Assembly (NCBI GenBank): GCA_965657355.1
Contig: CBFHOE010000018.1
Span: 1-13,217, forward strand
Source of the DNA: Limisphaerales bacterium
Lineage (GTDB): Bacteria > Verrucomicrobiota > Verrucomicrobiia > Limisphaerales > JAJOIW01
DNA: 13,217 bases
Direction: 5' to 3'
In this document: positions 7,022 through 13,217 of the stretch, piece by piece
Layout: the number at the start of each line of letters is the position of its first letter
How positions within the stretch are numbered: position 1 is the first letter of the stretch
The notes under the pieces: model-generated
What the model saw: only the letters and a program-made list of their open reading frames with translations
What the model was told of the DNA's origin: nothing
The model's database searches: none
Made by a program: the position numbers and the translations under genes

Positions 7022-10000
7022 TTATTCAACAACTCTGAAGAAAAGTGCATCTTCGTCGAGGTCTGTTGTATATGAGCCATTCGAGCTCGAAATATCTGAC
7101 CAAGGTCCAGTTACTGTTGGAGCCGACTGAAGATTGCCGATGAATTCAATAGTCACCTGGTTCCCATCCGCTGCAATCGAAGTAATTTCAATTTCAGTCG
7201 GAATTTCACCCGGAACTCTATAGATCCCATCCCAATCCTCAGAATTAACTTCTAGTGAAAGAGAGAGAAGTCTTGTTCTACCGCTATTATCGTTGATTAC
7301 TGCATAGAATTTGCGGCTGAAATGATCATAACCAACATTTGTTACGTTAGGATCATTGCTGATACTGGACATAGTCGGGCTGAACCCATGAAATCCAAAA
7401 AACCTTTCAGATCTACCTGGGAGAATTTGTCCGTTTTCATCGAGCAAGGTAAACGCCATTCCGTTTACTCCTGGGAATGAAGCACCTCCATTCGCATTAT
7501 GCCCAAGTAGCATTATGCAACGGTTTGTATCTGCAGCAATTTGAGGATGACGGTGCCCAAAAGGATCATTTCCGTCTGCTTCAAGATATGGAACCTGCGA
7601 AGATGTTGGGCTGAATGACAGATCATCATTTAATTCCAAATAGACGAGATCTCCACCAGCAGCTCCATTGCCGTAATCAAAAGCCACTATGAATTCTCCA
7701 TTAAAAGGATTTTCGGTAACAGATGGGTGTCCCTGATTCGTTTCTTCAACTCTTGTGTTACTCACAATTTGTTGAGTTCCTGTTATTAGGTCACCATTAG
7801 CATCTGGGCTTGTTTCAATTGGAGTGAGAGTAATTCTGTTTGGTCCATTTGATGGATCAATGTTGGTAGTGAAGATAAATAGATCGGCTACAGGTGCATA
7901 TGACACATCCGGATCATCTTCATCCCTATCTTGTTCGAGAGTATCTAAACGATTAACCACTCTAGATATCAGGTTGGCTTGTTGGTCATAGATTGCCCCA
8001 GAAACTCCCTCACCAAAGCCTTCTTGCTGGTATTCAGCAACAATCATGAAGTTACCGTTTGCAGTACTTACGGCTAAGCCCACGTCCTGGTATTGGTGAT
8101 CGGCAGCCTCAGCATCATGAAATACAACTTTGGCCACATTTTCTCCGTCTGCTTCGAACTTAGCGGCACTGTTGACCAATGCGATTACGGGAATGTTTAG
8201 ACCATTGTCACTGATACCACGATTTTCAGCTACAACCACATATTGGTCGGTGACCGGATTGTATCTAACGTCATTTTTCTGAATATCACCTTTCGGATTA
8301 CCCATGATAATGAATGGTTCACCTATCCTTGCCCCTGAGATTGAATTTACTCGGTAACCAACAAGAACTCCTTGGTTTTCTTCTCCAGAAACTGGGTCAA
8401 ATAGGAAACCAACAGAATCTGCTGTGTCAATTTGATTATAGCCATTGAAGACTGTTGTCACCAAAATTTCAGGAGAGTTAGTATTTATAGCAATTCCAGC
8501 ATATTTGCTTATTAGCATTGAATCAACGTTTGTAGGATCAACTAGGTAGGTATCGCCTGAAGGAACACTTTGGATAAGACGTGGAGCATCCATTTCCATC
8601 GGTTTCATTGGGTTGTCGAAATCTACCCATGCAAAATAGAAATCACTATCAACAGGAAATACTCCTTCACTAGTTAATTCATTTGCATTGATTACAAAAA
8701 CACCTGCTTCACTATCCCATTCGTAAGAGAAGAATGCAGGACTCGCAATGTCGTAGAAGTCTGTTTCGATCGCCCCAGCATTGCTGAGAATCAATACTCC
8801 ATCTTCATCTGACTTGCCAGGAATGGTCAAATGGTAGAAACCTTCTCCATTCTTATCGATTGTAAACTGTCCAGCCTGCTTGAAAGAAGTAGCATCTGAT
8901 CCATTGATGTATCCACCAACCAAGTTTTGAGTGTCCCAAGGAAGGTAAAGGAATGAGAATCCAGATTGATCTCTAGGAGCAAGGCTGTTGTCATCATTTT
9001 GTGTTCGATCATCTCTGACCGTCACGTGCCAAGTATCTCCAACTGGAGTAGCTCCTGCGATTTTTGTATTTGATGAACTGTGAGTTGGGGCCACGAATAG
9101 CATTCCATCTACTTCAGTATCCTCAACGCCAGGCAATGATAGTACGGCTAGTCCATCATTAACTTCAAAATCATCATTGTAGTCTACCCACATGATTGAA
9201 GTCGGATCTACTCCATATCCAATGGAACCTCCATTTTCTCCATTGTAAAAATGGACTGGAGCTTCAGCAACAAATGGATCTCCAAAGAAGTCACCAGTCA
9301 CCTGGCCTCCGGTCCAACCCTCAGAGTATGGGAACCAAGCCAATGCTAAGTCAAAGACGCCCTCATCAGGTTGACCTATAATTCCTAGCAGAGTGTCACT
9401 TGCGTGATTTCCATTGCCAAAAACACCATCAATCGGACTATAACCAAATCCAGATCTAAATTGGTGTGAGAAGTATGCAACACCATATTGTGTTCCAACT
9501 GGTTCGCCAGCACTGTCGAGATCTTGGTTATCAAATCCATTAGTACGAGTTGTTGCAAAGCCAACCCCTTGACGATTGTCTACCGTCCAAGCAAATGTAG
9601 TTCCATCAAGCGGTTCACCGCCACCTGGTTTATGCTCTTTGAAAATATCAGGAGCAGTAACACCAGGAGTCGCTGCTCCTATATTAAATGCTATATCTCC
9701 TTCATTATGTCTGGCATCAGTCCAGTCAATTGGTCCCATCTGAGGGAATTTGACTTTCATGTCGTTTGAACCATCTCCTCCAAGAGTTGTTCCAGGAGGT
9801 AGACTGATATCTACATTGGCAGCTGTTAGTCGATAAGGGTAAACACCAGGCGCTTGGTAAGGCTCTCCATTAGGTGTGAGTTCTTCAGAAACTACTGGAG
9901 GTATGCCATATTGAATGAATTTAGGCTCTACTGGTGGTTCTTCACCACCTCCATCTTGTGTGCGCTTTCCAGGTTTGACTGAAACATTATCGAGGCCAGC

Positions 10001-12418
10001 CCAGCCCCAACCTCCACTGTGTGAATCGATGAAATCCAATGTGTAAGTTGCATTTTCATCTACAATTTCACTTAATGTGGACTGATCTATTGTGATTGTT
10101 TCCCAAAATTGGCCACCATTGTCTGAACGAGAATCAAATGTTAGATACTCCCCAGAATCTGCATTTCTCAGCGCGACACCAATTGAACCACTTCCACTGG
10201 ATTCAGCAGGTAGTCCATTGGTATTAAGGTCATCTAAATCAGCTAGAGGCTTTGCTCCACCTATTAAGGCAAAAGAAATCTCTCCGTTTTTATAAAGATT
10301 GAATTCAGGAGAACGGAAAATAAGTGTCTCATGTCTTTGGTCACGAGTGTTGGTATTGTCTTCTGCCTCGAATGGAACAGGTCCGATAAAAGTAGTTGGG
10401 CTTAGAGGTTCGGGCGGCACTGAGTTTCCAACTGTTGGATCTTCTGAACTTATAAGTCCGAGTTCTGTAGGGCCACCTTCGATTGTGGAAGGTTTAACAG
10501 TTGCCCAGCCTTGGGTTGTTCCATCGTCGAAATTATAGGATTGATTTGGATTTCCAGTTTTAATTTGGACTGAATCTAGACCAGCCCAACCCCAACCACC
10601 ACTGTGGTAGTCTATGAAATCCAAAGTGTATTTTTCATTCCCATTTACCAAGCCAGAGAGTGTTTCTTCACCTAAAGTGATAGTCTCCCAGAACTGGCCG
10701 CCATTATCTGAACGAGTATCGAAAGTAAGATACTCCCCAGATTCTGCATTTCTCAGCGCGACACCAATAGATCCGTCGCCAGAAGATTCTGAAGGAAGTC
10801 CATTCGCATTAATTTCGTCAATATCAAAACCAGGTTTAGATCCACCAATAAGTGAAAACGAAATTTCACCATTAGGGTATATGTTGAATTCAGGAGAGCG
10901 AAGTACAAGAGTGCTGTGCGCTCCATCTCGAGTATTTGCACCATCTTCAGCTTCAAATGGAACAGGTCCAATGAATACTGGTTCGCTTAAGGGTAGAGGG
11001 GGAACTGAGTTGCCCACAGTTGGATCTTCTTTGCTTATCGTACCTAACTCTGTAGGTCCACCTGAGATTGAGGAATTTCCAACAACTGTCCAACCTTGAA
11101 GTGTATTGTCGTCAAAGTTGTAGTTTTTGACTGGTGTGCCTTCTTGAATGATTACGCTGTCTAGACCAGCCCAACCCCATCCACCACTGTGTGAGTCGAT
11201 AAAGTCTAATGTGTACTTTTCTTCTGCTTTAACAATGTCAGTAAGAACCTCCTCATCAAGAGTGATTGTTTCCCAAAATTGACCACCATTGTCTGAACGA
11301 GTATTAAAGGTAAGATAATCTCCGGAACTAACTTCTCGAAGTGCTACGCCTATGGCACCATCCCCAGAGGAGTCCGATGGCAGACCATTTGAATTTACAT
11401 CATCAATATTAAAGGCTGGTTTAGCTCCGCCTATTAGCGAGAAAGAGATTTGACCGTTTGGGTAAATACTAAATTCAGGAGAGCGAATCAGAAGTGTTTG
11501 ATGCCCTCTATCTCTAGTATTGTTACCATCTTCAGCTTCAAATGGAACTGGTCCAATGAAGGTAGTGCCTGTAAGAGGTAAAGGAGGTACTGAATCACCA
11601 ACCGTCGGATCTTCAGTGCTAATTAGCCCCAGTTCTGTCGGTCCATTTTCAGTAGTTGATTTTTTTACGTCTACCCAATTATCAAGATCGTCACCATCAA
11701 AGTTATAAACTGTTTTTGCTCCTAAAGCTGAATCATCGCTCAATTTTACAGTTAAAGTAGGCCCGGCTTCTCCATCTCCGTAATTGATCCCGATCATATA
11801 GTTGTCATATAGGAAATCGCCATGAATTGCTAAAGTAATGATTCCATCACCATTCTCTAAATCCTCATTAATTGCATCAATAAAGTCTTTGTCGGTGAAA
11901 GGATCTTCTGAAATAAATGAGCGAGTTGAACCGACTGTAGCTCTCCCAGGTGGATCTTCATTATCCATCTTAGCTTTGCCACTCCAAAGTAGTTTGTCTG
12001 AGTTAAAACCCACAATGTTGTTGCCGTCATTATCTTTTTTGAATGCAGCTCCATAGGTTTCCTCAGCTTTATTGTATGAGAGAGTTGCCGCTTCCCAATC
12101 TGAATCGACATCCAACAAACCAATAGTGTTGAAGTCATCATCGAAATTTGGTTCTGCGTCAAAAACATCGATGGTTGCCTCTGCAACTTTGGACCCTGCC
12201 GGTAGGCTAGAAAGATCGAATGCTATGTATGAGAGGTTGTAGTTGTTCCCTGGAAGAGTTTCAGATACAAATGGCTGAATATCTGTGTCTTCCGGTGCTT
12301 CAATATCGACAATGGCACTTTTAAATGCCTCTGTCGCGACTTGCAACTGAGCACTAACCATATGAAATGGCAGAAACCCAGAGACTGTAATTATCCAAAA
12401 GATTAATTTTTTTTTCAT
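7022..12418 (-). CDS. Large acidic secreted/surface protein, 1798 aa: signal peptide, DNRLRE/CBM96-like domain, three tandem beta-sandwich repeats, unknown beta domain, probable beta-propeller, short C-terminal module
   Basis: Signal MKKKLIFWIITVSGFLPFHMVSA|Q. DNRLRE-like YIAFDLSSLPAGSKVAEATIDVF and W...LSYN. Three YNFD...GGWGWAGLD units. C-terminus LQSAPTVTGPWSDI...ALFFRVVE. Confidence 0.9.
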   Translation of the reverse strand: MKKKLIFWIITVSGFLPFHMVSAQLQVATEAFKSAIVDIEAPEDTDIQPFVSETLPGNNYNLSYIAFDLSSLPAGSKVAEATIDVFDAEPNFDDDFNTIGLLDVDSDWEAATLSYNKAEETYGAAFKKDNDGNNIVGFNSDKLLWSGKAKMDNEDPPGRATVGSTRSFISEDPFTDKDFIDAINEDLENGDGIITLAIHGDFLYDNYMIGINYGDGEAGPTLTVKLSDDSALGAKTVYNFDGDDLDNWVDVKKSTTENGPTELGLISTEDPTVGDSVPPLPLTGTTFIGPVPFEAEDGNNTRDRGHQTLLIRSPEFSIYPNGQISFSLIGGAKPAFNIDDVNSNGLPSDSSGDGAIGVALREVSSGDYLTFNTRSDNGGQFWETITLDEEVLTDIVKAEEKYTLDFIDSHSGGWGWAGLDSVIIQEGTPVKNYNFDDNTLQGWTVVGNSSISGGPTELGTISKEDPTVGNSVPPLPLSEPVFIGPVPFEAEDGANTRDGAHSTLVLRSPEFNIYPNGEISFSLIGGSKPGFDIDEINANGLPSESSGDGSIGVALRNAESGEYLTFDTRSDNGGQFWETITLGEETLSGLVNGNEKYTLDFIDYHSGGWGWAGLDSVQIKTGNPNQSYNFDDGTTQGWATVKPSTIEGGPTELGLISSEDPTVGNSVPPEPLSPTTFIGPVPFEAEDNTNTRDQRHETLIFRSPEFNLYKNGEISFALIGGAKPLADLDDLNTNGLPAESSGSGSIGVALRNADSGEYLTFDSRSDNGGQFWETITIDQSTLSEIVDENATYTLDFIDSHSGGWGWAGLDNVSVKPGKRTQDGGGEEPPVEPKFIQYGIPPVVSEELTPNGEPYQAPGVYPYRLTAANVDISLPPGTTLGGDGSNDMKVKFPQMGPIDWTDARHNEGDIAFNIGAATPGVTAPDIFKEHKPGGGEPLDGTTFAWTVDNRQGVGFATTRTNGFDNQDLDSAGEPVGTQYGVAYFSHQFRSGFGYSPIDGVFGNGNHASDTLLGIIGQPDEGVFDLALAWFPYSEGWTGGQVTGDFFGDPFVAEAPVHFYNGENGGSIGYGVDPTSIMWVDYNDDFEVNDGLAVLSLPGVEDTEVDGMLFVAPTHSSSNTKIAGATPVGDTWHVTVRDDRTQNDDNSLAPRDQSGFSFLYLPWDTQNLVGGYINGSDATSFKQAGQFTIDKNGEGFYHLTIPGKSDEDGVLILSNAGAIETDFYDIASPAFFSYEWDSEAGVFVINANELTSEGVFPVDSDFYFAWVDFDNPMKPMEMDAPRLIQSVPSGDTYLVDPTNVDSMLISKYAGIAINTNSPEILVTTVFNGYNQIDTADSVGFLFDPVSGEENQGVLVGYRVNSISGARIGEPFIIMGNPKGDIQKNDVRYNPVTDQYVVVAENRGISDNGLNIPVIALVNSAAKFEADGENVAKVVFHDAEAADHQYQDVGLAVSTANGNFMIVAEYQQEGFGEGVSGAIYDQQANLISRVVNRLDTLEQDRDEDDPDVSYAPVADLFIFTTNIDPSNGPNRITLTPIETSPDANGDLITGTQQIVSNTRVEETNQGHPSVTENPFNGEFIVAFDYGNGAAGGDLVYLELNDDLSFSPTSSQVPYLEADGNDPFGHRHPQIAADTNRCIMLLGHNANGGASFPGVNGMAFTLLDENGQILPGRSERFFGFHGFSPTMSSISNDPNVTNVGYDHFSRKFYAVINDNSGRTRLLSLSLEVNSEDWDGIYRVPGEIPTEIEITSIAADGNQVTIEFIGNLQSAPTVTGPWSDISSSNGSYTTDLDEDALFFRVVE
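9953..11707 (-). repeat. Three intragenic tandem repeats with a period of exactly 585 nt (195 aa)
   Basis: The Tyr of each YNFD motif begins at 11707, 11122 and 10537. Shared motifs are GPTELG, EDPTVG, FIGPVPFEAED, RSPEF, RSDNGGQFWETIT and YTLDFID-x-HSGGWGWAGLD. Confidence 0.95.
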
Positions 12419-12870
12419 TTTAAATGTTTTTTGCTGAATGAAGAATTGAGTTAATCACCGAACGCACGACTTGATGCTAATTTTTTAACATCCAAAATTT
12501 GCTAAACTTAAAGTCATGGTCTGATGATGAATCAATCTGTGCATAATTAACTGACGGAATTGTGAAGTGCAATAGTAGCCCGTGATAGGCGCAAGAATTT
12601 CACACAGTAGACATTTTTGCCCTCAAAAGTTCACATGATAAAACTCGCTTTCAAATTTTTAATGATCTGATGAAGACGAATAATGCAATTAATAATTTCT
12701 ATAAAAATGTCAGTTGCCCGCCATGCACTTATTAAATCAGATGGTAGCTTTTCAAATTCTTTCGCCCAATCAGGCCAAATTCTTCTGGCTCCTTCAGTCT
12801 CCCCTTTTGGTTTACAAAATTTGGTCTGGTTGGGTCTTATCTTGATCTATTCGATGTCTAGACTTTTAAA

Positions 12871-13217
12871 ATGCCCACTCCTTTGGCGCACCATAGTCAA
12901 CGGGAGGCAAATCACCTTAGTGTAGGCCACCTCTGGCCGGACGGTTTTTTTGTCTCAAGCAGCGCCAAACCAACTTCCGAACTGTCCATTCTCCTACCGC
13001 TTCAGCTGATTTTGAGCGGAGATCAAAATACCCAGGCTGTCATTGATACGGCCGACTCCGTAACCGGCTCATGGACTGTGTGGCGGACAGTTGTCATAGG
13101 CGATAATGGCACCACTGAGGTTGACTTAGATAAAAGAGCTGAGAAGCGCGGTAAAAAATCAGGGAAGGTTGTATCCGGTGAAGCCAGAGAACTTAGCATT
13201 GTTTTTAAAATATATCT
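12871..13217 (+). pseudogene. Reading frame open to the window edge; probable remnant of the C-terminal part of a verrucomicrobial surface protein (absent from the ORF track)
   Basis: Stop-free from ATG 12871: MPTPLAHHSQREANHLSVGHLWPDGFFVSSSAKPTSELSILLPLQLILSGDQNTQAVIDTADSVTGSWTVWRTVVIGDNGTTEVDLDKRAEKR... The segment ADSVTGSW...TEVDLD resembles APTVTGPW...TTDLD at the end of the 1798-aa protein. There is no signal peptide, and the expected F(F/Y)RV ending is missing after 13149. Confidence 0.5.

Noticed and set aside
716..12186. Many short ORFs overlapping the long genes (e.g. 716..955, 4589..4858, 10614..11099, 11857..12186)
   Set aside because: They are antisense or alternate-frame shadows with no recognisable motifs. 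Their repeated look at 10092-11708 just mirrors the 585-nt repeats.
12516..12676. Two CTGATGA motifs (ATGGTCTGATGATGA and ATGATCTGATGAAGA, 13/15 identical) resembling a hammerhead core or operator pair
   Set aside because: No stem II followed by GAAA and no flanking stems were found. The match is too weak to call a regulatory repeat.
12631..12925. ORF 12683..12925 (+) and the opposite stop-free frame 12631..12846 (-) containing GARRIWPDWAKEFEKLPSDLISAW
   Set aside because: Neither is recognisable and the minus frame lacks a usable start codon. It could be another remnant, but a blastx search would be needed.

Overview
AT-rich bacterial DNA, probably Verrucomicrobiota (inferred from protein style), encoding large secreted proteins plus three short higher-GC gene remnants. 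The main signal is at 4932-4965 (-). The two ORFs 4963..6834 and 2977..4941 are in the same frame and separated only by one UGA plus 7 sense codons (DTGDL-UGA-SLYWRQV-VSQSP). A hairpin closely resembling a bacterial SECIS follows the UGA. They most likely form one 1285-aa selenoprotein: FG-GAP/CRTAC1-like propeller + ASPIC/UnbV + TlpA-type thioredoxin (WCGPC) + TPR. Also present: a 1798-aa secreted protein with three 195-aa tandem repeats and its terminator, and a 560-aa secreted LamG-like protein flanked by decayed 3' fragments of htpG and a sulfatase. A partial surface-protein remnant lies at the right edge. No rRNA, tRNA, CRISPR array or transposase was seen. Family assignments are from motif recognition only; no searches were run.
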